A stretch of DNA of 64,000 nucleotides from an uncultured bacterium (GCA_905214265.1 CAJMLQ010000002.1:8182-72181); one strand, 5' to 3'; shown: positions 10,375-19,950, numbered from the stretch's first letter. Notes: generated from the letters alone by a model not told the origin. Made by a program: numbers and translations.

Positions 10375-10403
10375 TTGCGAAAACAGAGAGGCGGCGATAT
10401 AAT
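10375..10403 (+). promoter_or_regulatory. Sigma-70-type promoter of the ABC operon (TTGCGA-17-TATAAT)
   Basis: TTGCGA 10375-10380, 17-nt spacer, TATAAT 10398-10403, located 37 nt before ATG 10440. Confidence 0.5.
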
Positions 10404-10439
10404 GAAACCACGATCCAAAATCAAAGGAGGCAATTCAAA

Positions 10440-12068
10440 ATGAAAAAGACAAAAAGCTTTTTGGCTCTTTGCGCGGCCCTGACCGTTTTGCTGGCAGGCT
10501 GCGGCGGCAGCGGCACATCCAATTCGCCCGGGGCCCCCTCGTCCGGAGAATCCAGCGCGGGTTCTGTGCAGCCGTCCGGGGAGAGCTCCAGTGAGACGAT
10601 TTCGGAATATCCGGAATCTCTGCGGATTTGGACGGGCGGATTTTCAGACAAATATTCCGCAATGGGTGCAAAAGACTACAATGTCAACGCATCTTTGCAG
10701 AAAATCTGTGAAAACACTGGAACCGAACTGATTTGGGAATATGGCTCCAGCGGCAACGACTGGATGACGAATTTCAACCTGATGCTCAGTTCGGGAGATT
10801 ATCCGGATATTATCGTCTACAACTGGAAGTCAATCCCCGGAGGCGCCGCACAGTATGCAGAAGAGGGCGTCATCATTGATCTGACGGATTTATATCAAAG
10901 CAATCTTTCCAATGTGTATCATGCACTGGAGAATGTGGATTCTGTCAACAATGTGAAAGCAGCGGACGGCAGGATGTATTATGTTCCGGAAATTTTCGAC
11001 AGACCTGGCGGTGGAATCTATATGGGCTTTATCATTCGGCAGGACATGCTGGACGAAATGAATGAACCCATTCCGACGACTTTAGATGAGTACCATGCCC
11101 TGTTAAAGAAAGCAAAGGAGAAATATGGGGATGGATTTTGCCCCATGACTGGCGTCGGTTTTAATGATGCGCTGGGTATCGGTTCCCTGCTGTGGGCCTA
11201 TGGAATTACCTATGACTTCTATCTGGAAGGTGAAAAGGTCTGTTACGGACCGCTGTCCGACCGTTTCGCCGATGGCATGGAATATATTCACACCCTGTAT
11301 GCAGAGGGACTGATTGACCCGGACTACGCCACCCAGGATCGGACTGCAGAAAAGGGAAAAATCATGTCTGACCAATCCATGGTAACTTTTGAGTATCAGC
11401 CGTCTGCCATGATGCATGCAATGGCGGAACAGAATCCGGACTTTAAGCTGGTCGGGATCCCGAACTTGAAAGAAACGCCGGATGCGCCCTCCTATACCTT
11501 TAACAGCGCTTATTTGAACAACATTCAAACTGGTTGCAGTTATGCAATCTCCACCAACTGCAAAGAACCGGAGAAAGCCGCAAACTTTATCAACTACATC
11601 TTCTCCGAGGAAGGAGCCCAGATTGCGAACTGGGGCGAGGAAGGCGTGGACTTTGAATATGGTCCTGACAATAAACCGCAGTTCACGAAAGAATATCTTG
11701 CGATGGATGATTCGACAAGAGTCAGCCGTGTCTTCGGCACGGCGAGCGCTTTTGCCTCTCTCCGCATCCTGGATGCTTATCAGGCCATTTTGCCCGAGGT
11801 GTCGGTACAGGCGATTGAGACCTGGGTGGAAAAAGACGACATCTCCCGAATCCTCCCCGCTGTTTCCCTGACCGAGGACGAACAGGACAAGATTACCGAC
11901 TGGCTGGCCGACCTGAACACCTACATGGACGAACGGTATTCCGGCCTCGTCAATGGCCAGATCGCCCTTGATACCATTCCCGCCATTCAGCAGGAGCTGA
12001 AGGACAAGATGCACATCGAGGAAATCATTGAGGTGTATCAGGCAGCATACGACCGTTTTGTCGGCTGA
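10440..12068 (+). CDS. Extracellular solute-binding lipoprotein (large LplA-type, CUT1 sugar ABC system)
   Basis: RBS AGGAGG before ATG 10440. Lipoprotein signal MKKTKSFLALCAALTVLLAGCGG followed by a Ser/Gly linker. About 540 aa, a size typical of oligosaccharide SBPs. Confidence 0.9.
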   Translation: MKKTKSFLALCAALTVLLAGCGGSGTSNSPGAPSSGESSAGSVQPSGESSSETISEYPESLRIWTGGFSDKYSAMGAKDYNVNASLQKICENTGTELIWEYGSSGNDWMTNFNLMLSSGDYPDIIVYNWKSIPGGAAQYAEEGVIIDLTDLYQSNLSNVYHALENVDSVNNVKAADGRMYYVPEIFDRPGGGIYMGFIIRQDMLDEMNEPIPTTLDEYHALLKKAKEKYGDGFCPMTGVGFNDALGIGSLLWAYGITYDFYLEGEKVCYGPLSDRFADGMEYIHTLYAEGLIDPDYATQDRTAEKGKIMSDQSMVTFEYQPSAMMHAMAEQNPDFKLVGIPNLKETPDAPSYTFNSAYLNNIQTGCSYAISTNCKEPEKAANFINYIFSEEGAQIANWGEEGVDFEYGPDNKPQFTKEYLAMDDSTRVSRVFGTASAFASLRILDAYQAILPEVSVQAIETWVEKDDISRILPAVSLTEDEQDKITDWLADLNTYMDERYSGLVNGQIALDTIPAIQQELKDKMHIEEIIEVYQAAYDRFVG

Positions 12069-12084
12069 TCCGGATCAGCCGCCT

Positions 12085-12124
12085 GCTTCACGGAACAGTA
12101 TTGTCTGTTCCGTGAAGCTTTTTT
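12085..12124 (+). terminator. Strong intrinsic terminator/attenuator between SBP and permease genes
   Basis: Perfect 14-bp stem GCTTCACGGAACAG (12085-12098) / CTGTTCCGTGAAGC (12105-12118), 6-nt loop, T6 run 12119-12124. Confidence 0.7.
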
Positions 12125-12141
12125 GGAAGGGGTGCGTTTCA

Positions 12142-13092
12142 ATGGAAATTTCCGCCGTTCGTGCCGGCAGCAAGCCGCGGCTGGGACTCTGTGCCCGATT
12201 CGCGCGGGCGATCCGGCGGCATTGGGTGGTTTATCTGATGTTCCTGCCGGTGTTGCTTTATTACCTGCTGTTCAACTACGTACCAATGTTTGGTATTGTG
12301 ATCGGCTTTCAGGATTTTAAAATCACGCGGGGCTTTTTTGGCAGTGAGTGGGTCGGATTGGAAAACTTCAGGAGCTTTTTCAATTCTATGTATGCCTGGC
12401 GCTGTATCCGCAACACGCTGTCGATCAGCTTCTTGACGCTGATTTTCGGCTTTCCGGCGCCGATTATTTTGGCGTTGCTGATGAATGAGGTCAAGAACAA
12501 GTATTTTTTGAAAACGGTCCAGACGGTGACCTATATGCCTCATTTCATCTCCATGGTGGTCATGTGCTCCATCATTCTGTCATTCGTGTCTAATAATGGT
12601 ATCATCAACGAATGCCTCCGGGCGCTGGGCCTGGGGACGATGGACTTCAACAACGACCCCAACTATTTCTACCCGGTCTACATCATTTCCGGCATTTGGC
12701 AGGGCGTGGGCTGGGGATCGATCATCTATCTGGCGGCGCTGGCAGGCGTCGACCCCACCCTTTATGAAGCCGCCACCATTGACGGGGCCGGGCGCTGGCG
12801 CAAGCTGTGGCACGTCTCGATCCCCGGCATCATGCCGACGATCACCATTCTGCTGATCATGCAGGTCGGCAGCATCATGCAGGTGGGCAGCGAAAAGATC
12901 CTGCTGCTCTATAATCCTGCCACTTACGAAAAAGCGGACGTCATCTCCACGTTTATTTACCGGCGCGGTCTGACAGACGCAAAGTACGGCCTGACCACGG
13001 CGGTGGGCCTGTTTGAGTCGCTGATCAACCTGATCCTGCTGGTCACCGCGGATCGCGTGTCCAAACTGGTCGGACAGCGGGGCCTTTTCTGA
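12142..13092 (+). CDS. Sugar ABC transporter permease (LplB/MalF-like)
   Basis: Six-TM profile and an EAA-type loop region (YEAATIDGAGRWRKLWHVSIPGIMP). ATG 12142 follows the terminator. The track's 12028 start overlaps the SBP gene. Confidence 0.9.
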   Translation: MEISAVRAGSKPRLGLCARFARAIRRHWVVYLMFLPVLLYYLLFNYVPMFGIVIGFQDFKITRGFFGSEWVGLENFRSFFNSMYAWRCIRNTLSISFLTLIFGFPAPIILALLMNEVKNKYFLKTVQTVTYMPHFISMVVMCSIILSFVSNNGIINECLRALGLGTMDFNNDPNYFYPVYIISGIWQGVGWGSIIYLAALAGVDPTLYEAATIDGAGRWRKLWHVSIPGIMPTITILLIMQVGSIMQVGSEKILLLYNPATYEKADVISTFIYRRGLTDAKYGLTTAVGLFESLINLILLVTADRVSKLVGQRGLF

Positions 13093-13106
13093 CGGGAGGA
13101 ATGGAA

Positions 13107-14000
13107 ATGGTTGAAAGTAAAAAAGCTTCGGATTATGTGTTCCGCATACTGAACACGCTTTTCCTCTCGCTGCTGACACTGGCGTGCTTGTACCCTTGCC
13201 TGTACGTGCTTTTTGCCTCGTTCAGCGACCCGGTGCAGCTGTATACCGGCAGCAAGATCCTCCTCTGGCCCCGGGGATTTTCGCTCAACGCCTTTGTTCT
13301 GGTGTTTCGGAACCCGAACATCTGGCGCGCCTATCTCAATACCCTTCTCTATGTCGTTTCCGGCACCGCCATCGGGCTCCTGCTCAGTATCCTAGGAGCT
13401 TTTGTGCTGTCGCGCAAGACATTTCCGGGGCAGAAATTCTTTATGACCATGGTCATCATTACCATGTTTTTCGGAGGCGGCCTCATCGCCACCTATATTG
13501 TCATGCGTACCTACGGTCTGGTGAACACGATCTGGTCACAAATCCTTATCGGTTCCATGAGCACCTATAATATGATCATGGTGATGAGCTATTTCCGATC
13601 GATTCCGGATTCCTTGGAGGAGTCGGCCGAACTGGACGGTGCCAGCGAGTGGACAATCCTTTGGAAGATCTTTGTGCCGCTTTCGATTCCGGTTATTGCG
13701 GTGGTGGCGCTTTACTTCATCGTCGCCAAGTGGAACAACTGGATGACTTCGGCAATCTACCTCACCAACCGGCAGTACTACTCGCTGCAGCTGATCCTCA
13801 AGGAGATCCTCATCTCCGGAAACGAGGAAGCCGCCGGGATGAACACCGGCGTTTCGGGCGGCGCGGCTGACTACCAGGCCTATTCAGAGGCAGTGAAATA
13901 CGCCACCATCGTGGTGTCCACGCTGCCGGTGCTCTGCGTGTATCCGTTCCTGCAAAAATATTTCATGAAGGGTGTTATGCTGGGGGCGATCAAGGGATAG
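13107..14000 (+). CDS. Sugar ABC transporter permease (LplC/MalG-like)
   Basis: EESAELDGASEWTILWKIFVPLSIP EAA motif. GGAGG lies 6 nt before ATG 13107. ATG 13101 is an alternative start. Confidence 0.9.
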   Translation: MVESKKASDYVFRILNTLFLSLLTLACLYPCLYVLFASFSDPVQLYTGSKILLWPRGFSLNAFVLVFRNPNIWRAYLNTLLYVVSGTAIGLLLSILGAFVLSRKTFPGQKFFMTMVIITMFFGGGLIATYIVMRTYGLVNTIWSQILIGSMSTYNMIMVMSYFRSIPDSLEESAELDGASEWTILWKIFVPLSIPVIAVVALYFIVAKWNNWMTSAIYLTNRQYYSLQLILKEILISGNEEAAGMNTGVSGGAADYQAYSEAVKYATIVVSTLPVLCVYPFLQKYFMKGVMLGAIKG

Positions 14001-14041
14001 CGGACAGAAGCCCAACATTATCTGACAGCAAGGAGGATTCC

Positions 14042-15070
14042 ATGATTCCAGAATATTGGCAAACCGATTTGAGCGCCGTTTCCGCCTGGGCGGAACGCGC
14101 CCGGAAAGCTTCAGTGCGCCGCCTGACCGATTCGGCGGGAGGCCGCCCGGTGTGGCTCTTCGCTTACGGGGAAAAGGAGGAGCTGCATCCCTCCGCTAAC
14201 TACAGCTCTGCCTGCGGCGCCCACGACGTCACCTTTTACCTGGACAGGAAGCGGAAAAAGCCTGTCGTCCTGCTCGTTGGGGCGGTGCACGGACAGGAAA
14301 CCGAGGGTACCGCGGCGCTGCTGAACCTGATTTCGTTGCTGGAAACCGGCGCAGACCTGGCGGGCCGGCCAAACAGCGCCATGCTGGAGGCTGCGGCACG
14401 GGTGCGTCTGCTCATCATTCCGGTCATGAACCCAGACGGCCGCGCACGGGTGAAGCCTGCAGCAATGATCGGCTGCACCCTCGACGAACTGCGCTACTGG
14501 GGCCAGGGAACCTGGCTCGACGGTTCTCTCTGCTGCTGGCCCGACTGCAAAAAGGTGCATCCCATCCGGGAGGCAGTGGCGTTTTTGGGCGGCTACTTCA
14601 ACGACGACGGCGTAAACCTCATGCACGACCAGTTTTTCCATCCTATGGCCCGGGAAACCGCCGCGCTGCTGGAGCTGGCGGAGGAAGAATTTGTAGACTG
14701 CGCGCTGCACCTTCACGGGGGCGGCAATTCCGTCAATGATCTGCTGTCCACCAGCTATGTTCCGCTGGAGACCAGCGAGGCTATCCGGCAGCTAGCTGTC
14801 CGGTGCGACGCCGCGGCGCGGAAGGAGGGCCTGTACTTTACGATCCGGGACCTTCCGGGACGGGAGAGCGGCTCCACCCCGCCGTCCTTCAACCTGGCCA
14901 GTGCACTGCATCATGTGTGCGGCGCAGTGTCCGCGGTTTTTGAAAGCAACGAGTGCATCTGTGATGCGCCCGGCCCCAAACAGACCTATGAGGAAATCCT
15001 GCGGGGTCACATGATCTTATTCGAACAGGCGTGCCGGATGTTCTGGGAGCAGCAGGCATCCGCTAAATAA
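14042..15070 (+). CDS. M14-family zinc carboxypeptidase-like protein, no signal peptide
   Basis: HxxE zinc motif in VGAVHGQETEG, NPDGRARV, and a distal His in CALHLHGGG. RBS AAGGAGG. Last gene of the ABC operon. Confidence 0.7.
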   Translation: MIPEYWQTDLSAVSAWAERARKASVRRLTDSAGGRPVWLFAYGEKEELHPSANYSSACGAHDVTFYLDRKRKKPVVLLVGAVHGQETEGTAALLNLISLLETGADLAGRPNSAMLEAAARVRLLIIPVMNPDGRARVKPAAMIGCTLDELRYWGQGTWLDGSLCCWPDCKKVHPIREAVAFLGGYFNDDGVNLMHDQFFHPMARETAALLELAEEEFVDCALHLHGGGNSVNDLLSTSYVPLETSEAIRQLAVRCDAAARKEGLYFTIRDLPGRESGSTPPSFNLASALHHVCGAVSAVFESNECICDAPGPKQTYEEILRGHMILFEQACRMFWEQQASAK

Positions 15071-15090
15071 AGAAACAAAGGACGGGAAAA

Positions 15091-15118
15091 GGCCGGAGAA
15101 ATTTTCTCCGGCCTTTTT
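15091..15118 (+). terminator. Intrinsic terminator after the M14 gene
   Basis: GGCCGGAGA (15091-15099) pairs with TCTCCGGCC (15105-13). T5 run 15114-15118. Confidence 0.7.
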
Positions 15119-15193
15119 ATACTGAAAAAACGTTATTGTGCATAAAGAAAACGAATTTTTCTTAGGAAAAACAGAAAAAAGCATGAAAAGAAC

Positions 15194-15221
15194 TTGCAAT
15201 TTTAGAAAAATATGTTAAAGT
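15194..15221 (+). promoter_or_regulatory. Candidate promoter of the lactate cluster (TTGCAA-16-TGtTAAAGT)
   Basis: TTGCAA 15194-15199 and an extended -10 TGTTAAAGT ending at 15221. It sits in an AT-rich 160-nt intergenic region. Confidence 0.35.
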
Positions 15222-15282
15222 TAACTCGAAAATAACACATTTTATTTCCTTATAAATATAGCAGTGAAATGGAGGCACAGAA

Positions 15283-16557
15283 ATGACGGTAACCATTCCC
15301 TTTGGACGGACTGGCATGACGCTGGAGGATGATCTGCCCGGCGCGGAGATCCTGGAATCCCGGATCGGCGAACTGCGGGCCGCCGGCTCCGAGGACAGTT
15401 TGGTTCAGGAAGCCATGGCCAACCCTATCGGTTCTCCCACTTTGCGGGAACTGGCCCGGGGTAAGAAGACCTGTACGATCATTATCAGCGACCACACCCG
15501 ACCGGTCCCCAGCCGGCACATCCTGCCCTTTCTGCTTCGGGAGCTGCGGGAGGGAAGCCCGGATATCGGTGTGACCCTTTTGGTGGCTACCGGCTTTCAC
15601 CGGCCTTCCAGCGCAGAGGAACTGCGGCAGAAGCTGGGGGACGAAGTCTATGAGCGGGAAAAAATCGTCATCCACGACAGCCGGGATCCGGCCCGAAATG
15701 TGGATATCGGCGTACTGCCCTCGGGAGCCCGGTGTGTCATCGACCGCGCTGCGGCGGAGACCGACCTTCTGGTGGCGGAGGGCTTCATCGAACCCCACTT
15801 TTTTGCGGGTTTTTCCGGCGGGCGGAAAAGCGTCCTCCCCGGCGTGTGCGACCAGGTCACGGTGCTTGGGAATCACTGTGCCCGGTTCATCGCCTCTCCT
15901 CAGGCCCGGACAGGGGTTCTGGAGGGCAATCCTCTGCATAAGGATATGTTGGAAGCCTGCCGTCTGGCAAAGCTCGCTTATATTGTCAACGTCCTCATCG
16001 ACGAGGAGAAAAAGGTGGCCGCCGCCTTTGCTGGAGATCCGGTGCAGGCCCACGAGGCGGGTTGCCGCCTGCTGCTTCAATACTGCCAGGTGAAGCCGGA
16101 ACAGAAGGGAGATATCGTCGTTTCCAGCAACGGTGGTTATCCCCTGGACCAGAATATTTATCAAAGCGTCAAGGGTCTCACCGCCGCTGAAGCGGCTGCC
16201 GCGGAGGGAGCGGTGCTGCTGATGATCTCCGCCTGCGGAGACGGGGCGGGAGGGGACAGCTTTTACCGCGCTCTCCGGGACTGTACGTCTCCGGCGGCTC
16301 TCACTCAGGAAATTTTGGCCACCCCGCAGAACGAGACGAAGCCCGACCAGTGGGAGTACCAGATACTAGCCCGGATTCTCTGCAAGCACCGGGTGATTTT
16401 CATCACGGAGCCGGCCCAGCGTCAGACTATCCTAGACATGAAGATGGAATGGGCCCCGGACATCCATGAAGCCTTAGCCATGGCCAGGGCTGAAAAAGGC
16501 CCGGACGCCCACCTGGTGGTCATTCCCAATGGAATATCCGTCATGGTCCGTGAATAA
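15283..16557 (+). CDS. larA: LarA-family nickel-pincer-dependent lactate (2-hydroxyacid) racemase
   Basis: ISDHTRPVP motif, FFAGFSGGRKSVLPG (Lys that tethers the cofactor in LarA), and the GNH His region. About 424 aa. RBS GGAGG. Confidence 0.8.
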   Translation: MTVTIPFGRTGMTLEDDLPGAEILESRIGELRAAGSEDSLVQEAMANPIGSPTLRELARGKKTCTIIISDHTRPVPSRHILPFLLRELREGSPDIGVTLLVATGFHRPSSAEELRQKLGDEVYEREKIVIHDSRDPARNVDIGVLPSGARCVIDRAAAETDLLVAEGFIEPHFFAGFSGGRKSVLPGVCDQVTVLGNHCARFIASPQARTGVLEGNPLHKDMLEACRLAKLAYIVNVLIDEEKKVAAAFAGDPVQAHEAGCRLLLQYCQVKPEQKGDIVVSSNGGYPLDQNIYQSVKGLTAAEAAAAEGAVLLMISACGDGAGGDSFYRALRDCTSPAALTQEILATPQNETKPDQWEYQILARILCKHRVIFITEPAQRQTILDMKMEWAPDIHEALAMARAEKGPDAHLVVIPNGISVMVRE

Positions 16558-16597
16558 AGAGCATGCATTTTCAATATAAAAGGAGGTACGCGCAGAC

Positions 16598-18034
16598 ATG
16601 GCAAATTACAATCCAATAACCCCTGCAATTATTGACGAGCTTTCCAAAGTCGTCCCCGGTCGGGTCATCACTGGCGGCAGCGTCAACCCGGACTATGCCC
16701 GGGATGAAATGCCCATCTACGGTGTCCAGATGCCGGAAGTCGCCATCGACGTTCTCACCACCGAGGAGGTGGCGGGCATCCTTAAAATCTGTTATGAACA
16801 CAGTATCCCGGTCACCACCCGGGGAGCCGGAACCGGCCTGGTGGGTGGCTGTACGCCTATCTGCGGAGGTGTGGTCATCTGCACCGCCAAGATGAACCGG
16901 ATCCTCGCCTATGATCTGGAAAATTTCGCCGTAACCGTTCAGCCCGGCGTCCTGCTCCAGCAGCTGGCCGAAGATGCACTGGCCCATGGCTGCCTGTATC
17001 CTCCGGATCCGGGGGAAAAAATGGCGACTTTGGGCGGAAACGTGGCCACCAACGCCAGCGGAATGCGGGGGGTCAAATACGGCGCCACCCGGGATTACGT
17101 CAAGGCCATGACCGTCGTCCTCCCCAACGGAGAAGTCACCCGCTTCGGTGCCACGGTGTCCAAGACCAGTTCCGGCTACAGCCTTTTGAATCTGATGATC
17201 GGCTCGGAGGGCACCCTGGGCGTGATCACGGAACTGACCCTGAAGCTGATCCCCGCCCCCAAGGCCACGGTCAGCCTCATCGCCCCCTTTGCCAGTTTGG
17301 CGGCGTGTATCTCCACGGTTCCAAAGTTCAAAATGAACCATTTCGACCCCCAGGCCATCGAATTTTTTGAGAAAGAGATCCTGGTCTCCTCCGAGGAGTA
17401 TCTGGGCAAACAGGTCTTTCCCCGGCAGGTGGAAGGCGCTGATGTGGGCGCGTATCTGCTGATCACCTTCGACGGGGACAGCGCTGAGGGCCTGGAGCCG
17501 GTGATCACCCGGGCCGCCGAAATGCTGCTGGCGGAGGGCGCTCTGGACGTGCTGGTGGCTGATACGCCGCCCCGGCTCAAATCTGCCTGGGCTGCCCGTT
17601 CCTCCTTTCTGGAGGGCATCGAGGAGCAGACAAAGCTCCTCGATGAGTGCGACGTGGTGGTGCCGGTGCCCAAGATTCCCGACTACGTGGTTTTTGTGGA
17701 TGAGCTGGCCCGGGATTACGACTTCCGCGTCCAGTATTTCGGCCACGCCGGAGACGGCAACCTGCATATCTACGCCTGCTCCAACGATATGGAGCGGGAG
17801 GAATTTCTCCGCCAGGTGGATGGGTTCATGGGCCGGGTCTATGCCAAAGCCATGGAGCTGGGCGGCCAGATTTCCGGCGAGCACGGCGTCGGCATGGGCA
17901 AGGTCAAGTACCTGGCTGAAGCGGCCGGCCCCGCCAATATCGCCCTGATGCAGGGGATCAAGCGAGTCTTCGACCCCAAGCTGATCCTGAACCCCGGCAA
18001 AGTCTGCTTCAGCACAGAAGGAGGAGCCTTATGA
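16598..18034 (+). CDS. FAD-linked (GlcD/LctD-type) lactate dehydrogenase
   Basis: FAD PCMH-type N-terminal domain (VTTRGAGTGLVGG), C-terminal FAD-oxidase domain (GEHGVGMGK). RBS AAAGGAGG. Stop overlaps the etfB start. Confidence 0.85.
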   Translation: MANYNPITPAIIDELSKVVPGRVITGGSVNPDYARDEMPIYGVQMPEVAIDVLTTEEVAGILKICYEHSIPVTTRGAGTGLVGGCTPICGGVVICTAKMNRILAYDLENFAVTVQPGVLLQQLAEDALAHGCLYPPDPGEKMATLGGNVATNASGMRGVKYGATRDYVKAMTVVLPNGEVTRFGATVSKTSSGYSLLNLMIGSEGTLGVITELTLKLIPAPKATVSLIAPFASLAACISTVPKFKMNHFDPQAIEFFEKEILVSSEEYLGKQVFPRQVEGADVGAYLLITFDGDSAEGLEPVITRAAEMLLAEGALDVLVADTPPRLKSAWAARSSFLEGIEEQTKLLDECDVVVPVPKIPDYVVFVDELARDYDFRVQYFGHAGDGNLHIYACSNDMEREEFLRQVDGFMGRVYAKAMELGGQISGEHGVGMGKVKYLAEAAGPANIALMQGIKRVFDPKLILNPGKVCFSTEGGAL

Positions 18035-18837
18035 GAATTCTGATCTGCGTCAAACAGGTCCCGGACACCGCCGAAATCAAGATCGACCCCGTGACCAATA
18101 CCCTGATCCGCGAGGGCGTCCCCAGCGTGCTCAACCCCTATGACGGCTACGCGCTGGAGGCCGCCGCCCGCATCAAAGACCGTGTCCCCGGCGCCCATCT
18201 GACGGTGCTCACCATGGGCCCTCCCCAGGCTGAAGCTGCCTTGCGGGAGTGCCTGTCCACCGTCGCCGACAAGGCGTACCTGCTCACTGACCGGGCCTTC
18301 GGCGGCTCCGACACCTTGGCCACCAGCTACATCCTCGCTTCGGCAATCCGGCGGCTGGAGGAACTGGATGGACCCTTTGACATGATTTTCTGCGGCAAAC
18401 AGGCCATCGACGGAGACACCGCTCAGGTCGGCCCGGAAATCGCCGAACATCTGGGGCTTCCCCAAGTCACCTATGTGCTGGAGGTCCGGGAGGCCAGCGC
18501 CAGCAGTCTTCAGGTTCTCCGGGAAACTGAGGAAGGAAAGCAAGTAGTGGAAATCTGCTGCCCCTGCCTGGTCACCTTTACAAAGCCGGCCTTCGATCTG
18601 CGTTTTCCCAGCTTCCGGCGAAGGGCCGCTGCCCGCAGCGCGGAAATTCCCCATCTGGGAGCCGCGGACATTCCGGCTATCGACCTAACGCGCTCCGGGC
18701 TTAAGGGATCGCCCACGAAGGTGAAGCGAACCTTCGTGCCGCCCCGCAAGCAGTCGGGAGTCATCATTCGCGGAGAAACAGCAGAAAAGGCTGCGGAAAA
18801 ACTGGCCGAGGCGCTGAGCAGCGCCGGCGTGATATAA
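18031..18837 (+). CDS. etfB: Electron transfer flavoprotein beta subunit
   Basis: MRILICVKQVPDTAEIKIDP N-terminus and CGKQAIDGDTAQVGP motif. ATGA overlap with the dehydrogenase gene. Confidence 0.9.
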   Translation: MRILICVKQVPDTAEIKIDPVTNTLIREGVPSVLNPYDGYALEAAARIKDRVPGAHLTVLTMGPPQAEAALRECLSTVADKAYLLTDRAFGGSDTLATSYILASAIRRLEELDGPFDMIFCGKQAIDGDTAQVGPEIAEHLGLPQVTYVLEVREASASSLQVLRETEEGKQVVEICCPCLVTFTKPAFDLRFPSFRRRAAARSAEIPHLGAADIPAIDLTRSGLKGSPTKVKRTFVPPRKQSGVIIRGETAEKAAEKLAEALSSAGVI

Positions 18838-18850
18838 AGGGGGAGCCGTG

Positions 18851-19855
18851 ATGAAAGCAAAAACAAAAGATCTCTGGGTCTTTGTGGAGACCCGCGAGGA
18901 CGGCTCTGCGAAAAATGTAGGAATCGAGCTGCTCAACCCAGGCCGGGAGCTGGCCGACAAACAGGGCGGTGCTCTGGTGGCGTTGGTCGTCGGATGCGGC
19001 GTGGAGAAGGCCGCGGAAGAAGCGGCGGTCCACGGAGCAGACAGTGTTTTGGTGGTGGACAGCCCGGAATTCCGGGAGTATTCTACTGACGCTTATGCAG
19101 CTGCTCTGACGGCGCTGCTGGAGAAGTATGCACCTACCAGCATCCTCATCGGCGCTACCCCCAATGGCCGGGATTTGGGCCCCCGAGTGTCCTGCCGCCT
19201 GAATACCGGCCTCACCGCGGACTGCACCAATCTGGATGTGGATCCGGAAAGTGGTTGCGTCTGCTGGACCCGTCCCGCCTTCGGCGGAAACCTGATGGCG
19301 GTGATTCTCTGTCCCAACAATCGACCTCAGATGGGGACGGTGCGGCCCGGCGTCTTTAAAAAACCCCCCGTGACCGGCAAAAGGGCGGAGATCATCCGGG
19401 AGGACTTCCATTTTCCTGCCGGCGAGATCCGTACTCGGGTGCTGGAGACTATCCGCGAGGCGGCCGGCGAGTTGGTGAACCTGGAGGAAGCCGAAATCAT
19501 CGTCGCTGGAGGCCGCGGTGTGGGCTCCGCCGAAGGGTTTAAGGTCCTGCAGGAACTCTGTGACGCCCTGGGGGCCACACTGGCCTGTTCCCGTGCGGCC
19601 GTGGATGCAGGATGGATTAGCCATTCCCACCAAGTGGGCCAGACCGGTAAAAACGTCGGACCCAAGCTCTACATCGCCTGCGGCATCTCCGGCGCCATCC
19701 AGCACCTGGCGGGGATGAGCGCCTCCGGCTGCGTCGTGGCCATCAACAAGGACGCCGATGCGCCGATCTTCGGGGTGGCTGATTATGGCATCGTCGGCAA
19801 TCTTTTTGATGTAGTTCCCGTCCTCACTGCGGAGATCCGGAAGCTCCGAGGATGA
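18851..19855 (+). CDS. etfA: Electron transfer flavoprotein alpha subunit
   Basis: C-terminal FAD-binding [19 protein letters not shown] and [14 protein letters not shown] 18851 lies 7 nt after the G-rich RBS. No N-terminal ferredoxin domain. Confidence 0.9.
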   Translation: MKAKTKDLWVFVETREDGSAKNVGIELLNPGRELADKQGGALVALVVGCGVEKAAEEAAVHGADSVLVVDSPEFREYSTDAYAAALTALLEKYAPTSILIGATPNGRDLGPRVSCRLNTGLTADCTNLDVDPESGCVCWTRPAFGGNLMAVILCPNNRPQMGTVRPGVFKKPPVTGKRAEIIREDFHFPAGEIRTRVLETIREAAGELVNLEEAEIIVAGGRGVGSAEGFKVLQELCDALGATLACSRAAVDAGWISHSHQVGQTGKNVGPKLYIACGISGAIQHLAGMSASGCVVAINKDADAPIFGVADYGIVGNLFDVVPVLTAEIRKLRG

Positions 19856-19920
19856 GTTTTATTACAGACTGGGAATGGATCGGCTCGCTGCCAATTTTGC
19901 TCGTTTATTACAGAAAGCAG

Positions 19921-19950
19921 AAACCCGCTGGCCTAAGCCGGCGGGTTTTT
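19921..19950 (+). terminator. Intrinsic terminator after etfA
   Basis: CCCGCTGGC / GCCGGCGGG stem, CTAA loop, T5 run 19946-19950. Confidence 0.7.

Noticed and set aside
12856-12891. Apparent 18-bp tandem duplication (ATCATGCAGGTCGGCAGC x2, one mismatch) encoding IMQVGS-IMQVGS in the permease
   Set aside because: The paralogous permease (ILNTGN-LLSVGF at the same position) has exactly the same length between conserved flanks. This is therefore an intrinsic pseudo-repeat of the family, not a recent insertion or slippage event.
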